From: a virus
Taxonomy: Duplodnaviria; Caudoviricetes
Direction: 5' to 3' (one strand)
DNA length: 54,618 nt
IMG/VR virus record: IMGVR_UViG_3300037225_000325
Location: 1 to 54,618 of that record
Shown here: positions 1-9,720 of the stretch, piece after piece
Layout: every line of letters begins with the position of its first letter
Numbering within the stretch: position 1 is the first letter of the stretch
Notes under the pieces: generated by a model
The model's database searches: none
Seen by the model: the letters and a program-made list of their open reading frames with translations, nothing else
Told to the model about the DNA's origin: nothing
Position numbers and translations under genes: made by a program

Positions 1-1767
1 TGGTTTCCCTGTTTCACCGCCTATTTTTGTATCTTTAGGTAAAATGCCGTTCTTCTTCATTTCATCATGGGCTTCTTTGGTGTCGATAGTCCCCGGTTCG
101 CCATTGGGGAGGGTATAGGTAGCATAGGGCTTGGTTGGGCCTGTGGGCTCGCCCTTCCTTTCTGCACCTAGGCCCGGAACCCCTGCTTTCAACACACTGA
201 CCTGAGTATCGAATCTATTCAAGGCACTTAGAGCGTATGCCTTGTTCGGCGTTCTAGGCCCCGGCACTACGTCTGCAATCGCTGCTCGCAGCATATCAGA
301 TCCTTGACCCATTCCAGATATACCTCGAAGAGCAAAGGCGCTTTCACGAAGGTTCTTCACGGCCGTCACATACTCTATTTCATCTGGGGTGAGCGTCTTT
401 GCGATATCGGTGGCAAGGAAGTTTTTAATAGTGCTGCCATCATCCGGCACCTTCAAAACTTGGGCGAATTTGGCAACCTGCTTTTGGGAAAAGTCGCCCT
501 TCAAGTTGTTCAAGGCATCGATAACCTGCTTCGATGAAGTTTGGATCTCATTGAAGGCTGCAAGCCTTGGCTTGACGAATTTAGCTGCTCCCTCTCCGAC
601 ATACATACTGCCAAATCCCTTTCTCTTGTTTTCCTCGTTTGCTTTAACGATCTCCTCTTTAGACTTCAGATCGAAGTCTCCGGTATTCGTGTTATAAACA
701 GACATCGGCGTAGAAAGCATGGCCAGTATTCTTTGCGCCCCGTATGCCTCTTGTCCTGCCGTCTGATAGTGCCCAAAAGCCTTTATGTATTGAGGCGTCC
801 CCCTGAGTTTAGGATCAACCTTGTAAACCATTTCAAACGCCCTGACGTTTGCGGGAATCCCAGCCAGTTCTTCTCTTTTCCCTGCCGCCACATTCGCCTG
901 TGCATTCCTGAGCATTGCTTGGAGCTTAGTGTTGGTTCCCGCCTGAGAAATAAGTCCGCCTATTGCGGCGTTTTTGTCCTCATAGGGCATTTTTTTGTTA
1001 TTCAAGATTTCATTAAGGTCATTCCTGATTTTCTGAGTACGGAATAGAAATTCAGGCTGACCTGGTGCCACCGCTGGTTGAGCTGAAACGGGAGGAACTG
1101 GCGTATCGGGTACGGGGGCCGCCACCGGTGGTTGTGCCCCGCCTCCTATGTTCGTCCCTGCCGCGATCCTGTTCCTTATGGCGTCTACCTGCTGCGGGAT
1201 AGGCTGACCACCCGCTACGGGAGCCGGGGCCGCCGTAGGCTGTGCCGAAGTCCCCGGAGCCATAGTATTCACCGGTTGCTGCGGAACAATGCTCCCCGGC
1301 ATTCCTCCGCCGCCCGTCATGGCCGAGTTGAACATATTCATTCCAGCTTCAGGTTCTCCCGCTGTGACGAAAGCCTTTCCCATTCCGGCCTGCAATTCCA
1401 TCCCCTTCATCGACCGGGCCAACATCATATTCGTAAAAGCCTGCCGTTCTTCCCCTGCCTTCACGGGATGTCTTGTAGTGAAGGAATTCCAGGTCTGTGG
1501 ATTGGCGTATCCTGCTGAGGTCCAAACATCGTCAGAGCTCTCCGGCTTAGGATGGGTGATTTGAGACAGCTCCTTGGTCGCATTTACGTTCTCTTCGCTG
1601 ATGTCATATTGCAACTTAGCCGCTTTATTCTGAATCCCATGAGCCTGCCTCTGGTCCAAAAAGCTGGCAATCTTCATAGCGGTCTCGCCCTGATTCGGCT
1701 GCCAATAGTCGGCAAGGGTCTTAGGCGTCTGCGTGTTAGCTTGAGGAAGAAGTGCCGTCCAATCCAT
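1..1767 (-). CDS. Putative DNA ejection/internal virion protein (P22 gp20/gp16 position); runs off window start
   Basis: Not in the ORF track. Manually translated as open from ATG 1767 (MDWTALLPQANTQ..., RBS AGGAGG upstream) to base 1, 589 codons with a Pro/Ala-rich linker. Follows the gp7-like gene. Confidence 0.7.
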   Translation of the reverse strand, partial: MDWTALLPQANTQTPKTLADYWQPNQGETAMKIASFLDQRQAHGIQNKAAKLQYDISEENVNATKELSQITHPKPESSDDVWTSAGYANPQTWNSFTTRHPVKAGEERQAFTNMMLARSMKGMELQAGMGKAFVTAGEPEAGMNMFNSAMTGGGGMPGSIVPQQPVNTMAPGTSAQPTAAPAPVAGGQPIPQQVDAIRNRIAAGTNIGGGAQPPVAAPVPDTPVPPVSAQPAVAPGQPEFLFRTQKIRNDLNEILNNKKMPYEDKNAAIGGLISQAGTNTKLQAMLRNAQANVAAGKREELAGIPANVRAFEMVYKVDPKLRGTPQYIKAFGHYQTAGQEAYGAQRILAMLSTPMSVYNTNTGDFDLKSKEEIVKANEENKRKGFGSMYVGEGAAKFVKPRLAAFNEIQTSSKQVIDALNNLKGDFSQKQVAKFAQVLKVPDDGSTIKNFLATDIAKTLTPDEIEYVTAVKNLRESAFALRGISGMGQGSDMLRAAIADVVPGPRTPNKAYALSALNRFDTQVSVLKAGVPGLGAERKGEPTGPTKPYATYTLPNGEPGTIDTKEAHDEMKKNGILPKDTKIGGETGKP

Positions 1768-1770
1768 AGC

Positions 1771-2814
1771 CTACCCTCCTGTACCGAAATACCCTGTACT
1801 ACCGCTCAGGTAATCAGACCAGTTGGTTCCGGTTCCGGCGCCAGAAGACATCCCCCCCGTACCAGTCAAATAGGAAGAGGGGTTGCTATTCTGCTTCAGC
1901 GCGTTCAGTATGGCCTGCTGGTTCTGGTAATTCAAGTAGAGGCCCGCCGTGCCCGTAGCCGTGTTCCCCACCCCGGTCAGGGCATTTGTATAGGCGTTGG
2001 ATTGCCCCAAAGTGCCCGCTGCTGTAGCCGATCCCGCTCCCGCCGCATACTGGGCCGTTCCGGTTCCTGAATAGATACCGGCTTCATTCGTCGCCACACT
2101 CTGCCCCGCCCCGCCCGTGTTGCCGGTGAGCATATTATAAAGGTTCTGCTTTGACGAGGTATCTTCGGCGTACATTTCAGGTTGAAAAGTGCCGGAAATG
2201 TAATTAGCGATGTCAGTCGCCTGGTTGCCCGATCCGAACCCCCCACTTGCCGCCCTTTGTGCGGCTATCTCCTGCATGGAGAGGTCAACCATGCCCCCGC
2301 CTGAACCGCCACTCTGCATAGCCGTATTCAAATTGAATGGTTGACTCAGGTATCCGGCAGGAAGCCCACTGCTCCCCGTCGAGGATTGGGCTTGGGTATA
2401 CGCATCAGCCTGCTGTTTCTGCTGTGTGAGTTGGTTTAACGTCTGGACGTCCTGTGCATATTCACCGGCATGGGCTTCTTTAGCCTTTGCACTTCCACTA
2501 CTCTGCCATGCCGAAACCTTTGCATTTGCCGCATCGAGGTCCGCTTGCTGCTGTGCCCCCCATACCGGCTGTGTCCCCATGTTCCCCGTGAGGTAATACT
2601 GGAGCATGTCGTAGAGCTTATTTCCCCCTACCGCATAGGGTTCGAGGGCGCCTACCGCCGACTGTTGACCGCCCACCATCATAGATTCGGCGCCGTACTG
2701 AGACAGGGCGGCTTGGTTTGCGGCATCCTTGGCCGAACTCGATCCTATCCAGGCAGAACCTAAGTTCCCCGCTGCGCTCACTCCCGCTGCTGCCAACATT
2801 GCTGTAAGAGGCAT
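1771..2814 (-). CDS. DNA ejection (pilot) protein, P22 gp7-like
   Basis: Gly/Ala/Gln-rich. N-terminal MPLTAMLAAAGVSAAGNLGSAWIGSSSAKDAA and a LEPYAVGG motif are typical of podovirus DNA-transfer proteins. Lies after the tail hub and GNAT genes. Confidence 0.7.
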   Translation of the reverse strand: MPLTAMLAAAGVSAAGNLGSAWIGSSSAKDAANQAALSQYGAESMMVGGQQSAVGALEPYAVGGNKLYDMLQYYLTGNMGTQPVWGAQQQADLDAANAKVSAWQSSGSAKAKEAHAGEYAQDVQTLNQLTQQKQQADAYTQAQSSTGSSGLPAGYLSQPFNLNTAMQSGGSGGGMVDLSMQEIAAQRAASGGFGSGNQATDIANYISGTFQPEMYAEDTSSKQNLYNMLTGNTGGAGQSVATNEAGIYSGTGTAQYAAGAGSATAAGTLGQSNAYTNALTGVGNTATGTAGLYLNYQNQQAILNALKQNSNPSSYLTGTGGMSSGAGTGTNWSDYLSGSTGYFGTGG

Positions 2815-2815
2815 A

Positions 2816-3256
2816 TCATAACTCCTTGGAGAACATTGTCTCTTTAGGGACGTATCCCAACGACTCATACATCTTTACATTTTCTTCCGGCATGAGGTGG
2901 TTCCATCCTATGATAAGGACGGTTGCTCCCTTCTCAATGGCCCACGAGTCGAACGCCTTGAGCATCCTGTACCCGAGCTTGCCCCGGGACTGAGGAATCA
3001 CATATCCAAAAAGAAGGGCCGCCATAAGCTCCCCCGTGAGCATCAACGGGAAGGACAGACCGGCAAAAACACCCTTATACCCATCGCCATTGGTGGCAAA
3101 GAAAACAACCCCCTTTCCGGTCGCGATGGCTTCCTCCCATATCTTGACGAAAAATGGTTCGTTCAGTGCTTTCTTTCCCTTGAGTTCCACAAGCATTTCC
3201 TTTACCAGTGGAACGATGAGGGGGACTTCGTTCGGCCTGAGCTTATCGATGATCAT
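2816..3256 (-). CDS. GNAT-family acetyltransferase
   Basis: YVIPQSRGKLG acetyl-CoA-binding-like motif and C-terminal MYESLGY. Sits between tail and ejection genes as in many podoviruses. Confidence 0.7.
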   Translation of the reverse strand: MIIDKLRPNEVPLIVPLVKEMLVELKGKKALNEPFFVKIWEEAIATGKGVVFFATNGDGYKGVFAGLSFPLMLTGELMAALLFGYVIPQSRGKLGYRMLKAFDSWAIEKGATVLIIGWNHLMPEENVKMYESLGYVPKETMFSKEL

Positions 3257-3260
3257 ATGC

Positions 3261-3482
3261 TCATCCTATGTACTGCCATACGGTCCCCGTCCACCTGTAA
3301 AACCCCGCGCCACTTCCAAAATTCAAATTAACACCATCTGCGTAAACCCTCATTCCGACGTATGGTTTCTGCGGAGTCACTTTTCCATAGTTCGTGTTTG
3401 ATGGATCGTCAAACTGTCCAAGGGCGGTATACCAGTCGAGATAACTGGAAAATACCGGATGAGAAAAGCCCTTATCAGTCAA
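3261..3482 (-). CDS. Small virion/tail-associated protein
   Basis: 73 aa, overlaps the gp10-like stop codon. PQKPYVGMRVYADG...GFYRWTG motif. Confidence 0.55.
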   Translation of the reverse strand: MTDKGFSHPVFSSYLDWYTALGQFDDPSNTNYGKVTPQKPYVGMRVYADGVNLNFGSGAGFYRWTGTVWQYIG

Positions 3483-4965
3483 CGTAGCCCCCGATAATTA
3501 CCCGTTTGCATGGATCGCTTATCATTATCCGTGCTATCATCCCGTAAGGGAAAAGCCCTACCCTTCTCCACACAGCCCTCTTGGCGTACTCTCCGATGGC
3601 CCCGAGGGATGTCCCGTAATCTCCGGACCACGTATGGCCGCCATCTGCCGAGAAGGAAAATACTATATTCCCCCCGACGCCCATTTCAGCATCTACTATG
3701 AGCCGGTTGATCCTGATGCTGTTAAGTTCTCCCTTCTTGTCTGCAAGGATTTGAGCGGTTCTGAAGGCAACGATAGGAGTGCCGCCATCATCCTGGTACA
3801 CAGAATCGGTCATCTGATAGATGTTCCCGCTTTTCCAATCACCCACAAGGTGCATATTGTTGAAATAGGCGTAGCAATTACTAAGGTGGCGGTTCGTCTG
3901 ATATATGTAGGCTGCCCCGTAGCTCGACCGTTCATGCCACGCCATCATGGGATCGGGGATAGTGGAGTCAAAAACAAAGGTCTGGTTCATTGAAGGGGAT
4001 GTTACGACCCAGAAACTATGGCCGTCTGCTTCGTAACAATAGCTGAATGCGTCCGTCCATGGGGTCCATTTCTGCATTTGGAACGTAATGGCGGGAGGGG
4101 AGATAACCTGCACAGCATCACTTGAAATCTGTACGGCTCCTATGAAACTTGGTCCGTCGTTCACCCGCCGCGCTCCGAGCATAAAAAGCCCGCCGTTCCC
4201 CCTCGCTACAGAAGCCGGCGCAGGAGTCCCGTAGTCCATGACGGCGGCTGTCATACGGGAGAATGGGAAGCCTTGGGCGGTAGCTATCCCGGCGTTGTAC
4301 CAAATCTCCGTTGTCACTTGCTTTACAAAGAAGAGCTGCTGCTGTTCGTACCAGATTGATTGAACGGGGTCCGGGGTCGCTTCGATGGACGCTACGGCCA
4401 GCGTACTCCAGTTCAGGCCGTTGTAAAGATCGGAACAGAAGACATTCATCGAATTGGCTTGGGCTACAACAAAATACCCGTCTGCGAATTCGAGGGCAGT
4501 AACTCCTGTCGAGGGGAAGCCGCACGTTCCATAGCCTCCGCTGCCCGCGAAAAAGGCGCTACTGGTAAATGTATACGTGACGACGTTGTAGATGTAGCCA
4601 AGCACCCCATCAACTATCATGAGCTGGTTCCCGCCGACTCCGCCAACGGCCAGCCCGTTGTCCTTCATAATTACCCTGCCGATAGATGTCCCGAGCGATG
4701 CCAACGGGGCGGATACTGTGCCGGAGGTATTGACCGAGTAGAGGTTTGTCCCTGCTACCACGTAGAGAAGCCCGTTAAATACGTGCATTTTACGAACCAC
4801 ATACGCCCCAGCATTGGTCCATAGTGTCGTTCCCGGCGTCCCAACTAGGGAGAAAGGAGATTTTGACCCCTTGGCGTTCATCTCTACGAAAAAATTGACG
4901 AGGCGGGAGGCATCTATGTTTGACGAGCGGCCTATGTAGCCGGGGCCTACGAGCTCAAAGATCAT
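3475..4965 (-). CDS. Packaged-DNA stabilization / tail hub protein, P22 gp10-like
   Basis: 496 aa, beta-propeller-like. C-terminal FSFSADGGHTW...GAIGEY...WRRVG...ISDP signature; synteny fits. Confidence 0.8.
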   Translation of the reverse strand: MIFELVGPGYIGRSSNIDASRLVNFFVEMNAKGSKSPFSLVGTPGTTLWTNAGAYVVRKMHVFNGLLYVVAGTNLYSVNTSGTVSAPLASLGTSIGRVIMKDNGLAVGGVGGNQLMIVDGVLGYIYNVVTYTFTSSAFFAGSGGYGTCGFPSTGVTALEFADGYFVVAQANSMNVFCSDLYNGLNWSTLAVASIEATPDPVQSIWYEQQQLFFVKQVTTEIWYNAGIATAQGFPFSRMTAAVMDYGTPAPASVARGNGGLFMLGARRVNDGPSFIGAVQISSDAVQVISPPAITFQMQKWTPWTDAFSYCYEADGHSFWVVTSPSMNQTFVFDSTIPDPMMAWHERSSYGAAYIYQTNRHLSNCYAYFNNMHLVGDWKSGNIYQMTDSVYQDDGGTPIVAFRTAQILADKKGELNSIRINRLIVDAEMGVGGNIVFSFSADGGHTWSGDYGTSLGAIGEYAKRAVWRRVGLFPYGMIARIMISDPCKRVIIGGYVD

Positions 4966-5711
4966 GAATAGTTGCCCGAATATGGCCCGACATATATGTC
5001 GTAGGCGTTCCGGCTCTTCTTCGGGAGATCAACCATCATCGTCCCTGGTCTGGTGTTCATGGCTACGATGTTGCCCATTGCTCGCGCTTTCATGCCCTTT
5101 AAGTGGGGCGGAAAAGGCTTCCCGTCATCACGGTACTGAGGCCACAACACTTCATCAAGGCTGTACCTCAAGGCCATGTAATAAGCCGACTGAAAAATGA
5201 CGGTGTCGGTAGGGACGGAGAATTCCGTCAGGGGCTTCTGCTGTCCAATGAAAAGCGTGTACACAATGGAGGCATCCGGGATCGGGTAGGCGTAGATGAT
5301 GCCCATTTGTGATGTCTGCTGCGTGGGACCGGGATCATAGATAATCTCGGTAGGCCGGGCAGTCGAGATCAGTGAGTCTTCATAGGTGTCGTAGATCCCC
5401 TTATCTATTATATCGCAGGGGTAACGGACATTGAGGGCATCCTGAATGAAAGCGTTGTCTATCTTCGATGGCTTCGAGGTGTTGAAGTCCTGGCCGTACC
5501 CGATGGTATAGATATACTTCCCCGCCGTCAGGGGGAAGTTCTCCATGATCGAAGCAAGTACCATCAGGGATTCTATGGACCACTGGTCGAGGATGTAATT
5601 GAGGTCGTTCAGAGCATCGGCAATTTCAGAGGCGGCGGGAGCCTCATTCATTTTAAGCGCGCCTATGTCGCGGAACGACTTCTTGATGAGATCGCCGACA
5701 AGGACGACCAT
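4962..5711 (-). CDS. Head-to-tail adaptor, P22 gp4-like
   Basis: N-terminal DLIKKSFRDIGAL...EIADALNDLNYILDQW pattern. Directly upstream of the gp10-like gene. Confidence 0.7.
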   Translation of the reverse strand: MVVLVGDLIKKSFRDIGALKMNEAPAASEIADALNDLNYILDQWSIESLMVLASIMENFPLTAGKYIYTIGYGQDFNTSKPSKIDNAFIQDALNVRYPCDIIDKGIYDTYEDSLISTARPTEIIYDPGPTQQTSQMGIIYAYPIPDASIVYTLFIGQQKPLTEFSVPTDTVIFQSAYYMALRYSLDEVLWPQYRDDGKPFPPHLKGMKARAMGNIVAMNTRPGTMMVDLPKKSRNAYDIYVGPYSGNYS

Positions 5712-6070
5712 TACGCAGATCCTTCAGCGACCGCCGATTTCTTTTTCTTCAGTTCCTTCAGAGTCAATTCGGTCTCTGCAATCTTGGCCTGAAGTATCTT
5801 GGTTTCGGTGAAGGCAACAGGGGTATCTTCCCACCCGCTCTCCCTGAGCACCAGTTCTTCATCCTCGTTGTTGACCGTCTTGGGTTCATGGATAACATGG
5901 TACATCATCTTCGGGTATGCCTGGTGACGATAGCCGGGCCGCCAGCCTTCCCGGACGGCTTCGGTTTCCTCAGCGTCGTTGTTTACCCTACGGACCCCAT
6001 CAAGCTTATCGTGATAGAGAAATAGGGGCCATTCCTTCTTCATTTTTACCTGACCGATGTTTACAACCAT
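5711..6070 (-). CDS. Hypothetical phage protein with two internal repeats
   Basis: Repeats WPLFLYH...VNNDAEE..GW and YPKMMYH...VNNEDEE..GW, followed by a coiled-coil tail. Confidence 0.6.
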   Translation of the reverse strand: MVVNIGQVKMKKEWPLFLYHDKLDGVRRVNNDAEETEAVREGWRPGYRHQAYPKMMYHVIHEPKTVNNEDEELVLRESGWEDTPVAFTETKILQAKIAETELTLKELKKKKSAVAEGSA

Positions 6071-6072
6071 AT

Positions 6073-6222
6073 TTAGTGCCCTCCCTTCTTTTTCTTGTCA
6101 GACCGTTCGATAATGCTCTTCTGGATCATGGCGTTTCGCTTCGTTGTGGACTTGGCCTTAGTTCCGGAAGGGGTAGCTACGCGATAGCGTCCTGACTTTA
6201 ACTTCTTGACTGTCACTGGCAT
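6073..6222 (-). CDS. Small basic protein (49 aa)
   Basis: Manual translation MPVTVKKLKSGRYRVATPSGTKAKSTTKRNAMIQKSIIERSDKKKKGGH; RBS GGAGG. Confidence 0.6.
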   Translation of the reverse strand: MPVTVKKLKSGRYRVATPSGTKAKSTTKRNAMIQKSIIERSDKKKKGGH

Positions 6223-6256
6223 ACATCCTCCAGAGGGGGAATGAATCCCCCATGAG

Positions 6257-6355
6257 CTACTTCTTTTTGCCTTTCGACTTCACCGTTGTCTTGGCCTTCG
6301 GTGCATAGCCGAAGTGGCTCTGTGTCTTTGACACGCTAGCCTTCTTTTTAGTCAT
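6257..6355 (-). CDS. Lys-rich micro-protein (32 aa)
   Basis: MTKKKASVSKTQSHFGYAPKAKTTVKSKGKKK; RBS GGGAGGTG; start overlaps the end of the upstream GT gene. Confidence 0.55.
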   Translation of the reverse strand: MTKKKASVSKTQSHFGYAPKAKTTVKSKGKKK

Positions 6356-8999
6356 GAGTTCTCACCTCCCTTTTTAACGGGATGAAGTGACGTTCTTTAT
6401 CGAACGGCACGGTTTGGACTATCTTTGTGAGATGATCGGTTTGCCCATACACAAGGTCTTTGTCGAGGTTCCACGCTTCCTTGAACTTATCCCATGCCTC
6501 TATCATCTGGCGGTTGTAAGTAGTGTTGCCCCTCCCCTGCGGGCCACCTGTGTGGTGAATATACATCCCATTATCTATCAGGACCTGCAGTCCGGAAAGG
6601 AAACACCTGATTGTATAGTCTTCATCGTCAAACCCGAATGGCCCGAACGACCTTATATCGCCGATGGTATCAAGACATTGCCTCGTGACAAACCAGAAAA
6701 ATGATGGCATCCTTGATATGCTCCACAACTGTCCTTTGTGGGCGGGGTCATTCGACCATTTCTCAGCGAAGGCTTCGAGGTCCGCTATGTCACCATTATA
6801 GGTGACGGGGATATCTATTTGCTGCGGACCGGACACGTAATTTGAACGAGGACCGATGATGCCGACGTTTGGGATAACGCTAGTCCAATACAGGCATTTG
6901 TCGGCCCAACCTTTTGTCAGAATGACATCATTGTCCATAACAACAACGTCTTTTCCCTTCGCTTCTCCGAAGAGCCTTGACCTTGCGGCAGGGACGCCTA
7001 CGTTCTCGCTCAACTCAATAAGTCTTATATCCGTCTGTTCCCTTAAGTAACCAAGGCTTGCATCGGTAGACCCGTTGTCGAGAACAATAATTTCATAGCT
7101 GTGGTTCCCGATAGTACGTCTTACCGAGTCGAGACACTTCTGAATATGACCATCTCCGTTGTAATTGGGGATCAACAGAGATATTTCAGGTTGTTTTTCC
7201 TCTGAATAAGCTGTGCCGTTCGGGAGGAGGTAGGAAAGGTCAACCTCTTCGTGAACCCCCTTCGGGACATAATCGTCAAACTTGCCGATATCGATCCTGT
7301 AGCCTTTGTCAAAGAGCGCAGCGAGGCGTTCTATGGAGTATCTTGAATCCCTCCCGCTCTTGTTACCTGTAAAGATGGTCTGGACCTTATTAAGCGGGTT
7401 TGCAAAGGCGCGTGAGTTGCCGTCAAAAAGAAGGAGAGGTCTGGTATCCTTGAATTGATCTTTGCTCCAATCAAGGAAAGCTTCAAGAGTATTCGGGTTT
7501 GAGTAGGCAGGCATTTCAAGCAACGGGAGTACATCGGCTACCCGATATATGGAAGATGAGAGATCAAAAGGGTATCCAAAGTCTAAGTCATGATCCGCCC
7601 AGGGATACTTCCATGTTTCCGGCGCTGTTTGAGCCGTGTCCAGCATGTAACAGTGGGTCGTGTTCCAGCCCAGTCGTAGGGATACGACTAGAAGTTTCGG
7701 GTCGTCGTCTAATTCATAAACGCAATCCTTAGCAGAGAAGTCCTTCACAAAAACCGTATCGTCAGTCAGGAACAGGACGTAATCGTAGCCTTCGACGGCA
7801 GAGAGGAGGTCGGATCGGAAGTCGGTATCTCTGGTAAATTGGGCATTGATTGGATACGGTTCTCCTGGAACAGTCCTAGTGGGATTCCAGGTGTTCTGAT
7901 ACTGTTCATGAAACCTTACGCCCGAATCTGTCCATAAAACATGGATCTTCATGCTGTCAAGGTCGCTACAATGTCTCGCCAAGCTTCGTAAGCATCCGTC
8001 CAACTGCATCGCCCTGTCCTTGCTGAATATCACACAGACCGTATCCTTTGTCGGGGCCGTCTTGACCATCATCTCCTCCCTTTTTGGTGCAGCGTATTCG
8101 ATAATCTCCTGGTACAGTGTTTCCCAGGAATACTTTCTCAGGCCTCCGTCCCTTACCCACTGGTCCATCCGATCTCTATAGGCACGTATCCTATCAGTGC
8201 TGCGGAGGAGTTCGGAGAGCCGGGCATCGAGCTCCTTATACGACGTGAAATGCCTGAAGTCGATGAATAGGTTTCGGGGAATGTGGTCAATGATATCTGG
8301 GGCTCCAAGATAGATGGGGATGGTGCCCGCTTCGATGCAGTCCAGAATCTTCTCCGTCACATAACCTTGGGCGAGTTCCGGATGATTCGTGTTTTCAAAA
8401 CATAGGCTGAAGACGTACCTGCTGAGAGTCGTCAGCTTATTCCCCTTTGGTATCTCCCCCCTGTAATTGGGGAGGTTGAAGGAAGGCACGCCGTAAACAT
8501 CGAAGGGTATGTCGGAATTATCATCCCACCACTTAGCCGCTTCAAGGCGCTTGCTGTAAAGTTCGGACGGTACACGGGAAGACTTGTTCCCCGCTATCAT
8601 GCAAATTCCGGTCGTGCGAGGATTGGCAGGATAGAGTTTTTTCCTGCTTGATGCCGACTCGGTCATGGTCCCCTCTGTCGTGGGCCATCCTGATCGCGTA
8701 TAAGGCACGTAGGTGAACTTTTCGGGCTGAAGCAGGGTAAGTGCCTTGAAGTGGGTGAAGATATGGTCGAAGCAATCCCAGAGCGCAAAATTGTACTGTT
8801 CTGGAGTTACCACTACTGGCTCTGACAAGAAAAGGAAATTGAACCCTGGTTGCCTCTGCTTGAAGCTGTATGAGTTCAGATAGAGATACGCCACGCAACC
8901 GGGAATGGCCTCTCTTGAAAACTGAAATGTGTGGCCTCCATATTCGACCGTCCGCTCTTCATCCGGAGCGATATGGGCGTAGACAATGTTTGTTTTCAT
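6348..8999 (-). CDS. Trimodular glycosyltransferase: GT10 (fucosyltransferase-like) + GT-A domain + GT2
   Basis: FSLCFENT...GYVTEKILD...GTIPIYLG matches the GT10 motif. The middle domain has IFSKDRAMQLD...FLTDD. The C-terminal GT2 has LLIPNYNG...DNGSTD...MDND...DDEDY. Confidence 0.85.
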   Translation of the reverse strand: MKTNIVYAHIAPDEERTVEYGGHTFQFSREAIPGCVAYLYLNSYSFKQRQPGFNFLFLSEPVVVTPEQYNFALWDCFDHIFTHFKALTLLQPEKFTYVPYTRSGWPTTEGTMTESASSRKKLYPANPRTTGICMIAGNKSSRVPSELYSKRLEAAKWWDDNSDIPFDVYGVPSFNLPNYRGEIPKGNKLTTLSRYVFSLCFENTNHPELAQGYVTEKILDCIEAGTIPIYLGAPDIIDHIPRNLFIDFRHFTSYKELDARLSELLRSTDRIRAYRDRMDQWVRDGGLRKYSWETLYQEIIEYAAPKREEMMVKTAPTKDTVCVIFSKDRAMQLDGCLRSLARHCSDLDSMKIHVLWTDSGVRFHEQYQNTWNPTRTVPGEPYPINAQFTRDTDFRSDLLSAVEGYDYVLFLTDDTVFVKDFSAKDCVYELDDDPKLLVVSLRLGWNTTHCYMLDTAQTAPETWKYPWADHDLDFGYPFDLSSSIYRVADVLPLLEMPAYSNPNTLEAFLDWSKDQFKDTRPLLLFDGNSRAFANPLNKVQTIFTGNKSGRDSRYSIERLAALFDKGYRIDIGKFDDYVPKGVHEEVDLSYLLPNGTAYSEEKQPEISLLIPNYNGDGHIQKCLDSVRRTIGNHSYEIIVLDNGSTDASLGYLREQTDIRLIELSENVGVPAARSRLFGEAKGKDVVVMDNDVILTKGWADKCLYWTSVIPNVGIIGPRSNYVSGPQQIDIPVTYNGDIADLEAFAEKWSNDPAHKGQLWSISRMPSFFWFVTRQCLDTIGDIRSFGPFGFDDEDYTIRCFLSGLQVLIDNGMYIHHTGGPQGRGNTTYNRQMIEAWDKFKEAWNLDKDLVYGQTDHLTKIVQTVPFDKERHFIPLKREVRTHD

Positions 9000-9706
9000 G
9001 CAGCCACCTTCTTATTGAAGAGAAAGCAGCCGCAGCCCGCGATATTCTCGTATTTAGAGGGTAGGTAAACATTCCGGTTAAGGTCGCCAAGCCCAGGATC
9101 ATCGGGGATGAATGCAAATTCAACCAGTCGGAGAGAATCAAGCGCGCGGGTAATCTGCTCGAAGCCAAAGATTCTGTGAGCGTTGTAGAAGATCGTGGGC
9201 TTTCCCATCGGCACGGCAAAAAGCAACTGTCCACCGGGAGCCAACACACGCTGCAACTCCTTCATAGCCTTCAGGTCGCCATCGGGATCAAGGGGATCTC
9301 CGTAGCGCCCCAGACCGACGTGCTCGACGACATGCAGGCAGGACAGAGAACTGATGCTGTCATCCGGGAACGGCAGGGCTTTCAGGTCAGCCTGACCGGT
9401 CTGCAACCCAGGAAGATTGATCGCGGCAGGGCGGAAATCATAGAAGGTCATAGGGACGAACTGGCTGACAATCGTCGCCCATATGAAGAAAGATCCTATG
9501 TCTACGTGTTTCTCCGGGCGTGTCTTTGCCAGAACGCTTGCGGCCCAGGCGGTATGGAGAGTGTACTGTCGGTCATAGCTGGTGATGTTGTTATCCTCAC
9601 CGAGACAGGGCCAGATGACTTGCGGGTCGAAGTCAAATCGTTTCTCTGTCTGTTTGAGAAGACTGGCAAAAAGGTATAGGTTTTGACGGAACTTTTCGGG
9701 ATGGAT
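8996..9706 (-). CDS. DUF268-like SAM-dependent methyltransferase; lacks a canonical start codon
   Basis: The frame is open well upstream of ATG 9451 (YDRQYTLHTAWAASVLAKTRPEKHVDIGS). Also CLHVVEHVGLGRYGDPLDPDGD and NAHRIF motifs. RBS GGAGG lies 6 nt before an in-frame ATC at 9706. Confidence 0.75.
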   Translation of the reverse strand: MHPEKFRQNLYLFASLLKQTEKRFDFDPQVIWPCLGEDNNITSYDRQYTLHTAWAASVLAKTRPEKHVDIGSFFIWATIVSQFVPMTFYDFRPAAINLPGLQTGQADLKALPFPDDSISSLSCLHVVEHVGLGRYGDPLDPDGDLKAMKELQRVLAPGGQLLFAVPMGKPTIFYNAHRIFGFEQITRALDSLRLVEFAFIPDDPGLGDLNRNVYLPSKYENIAGCGCFLFNKKVAA

Positions 9707-9720
9707 GGTGCACCTCCATA

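Noticed and set aside
304-2070. Plus-strand ORFs at the window start
   Set aside because: Shadows of the open minus-strand ejection genes.
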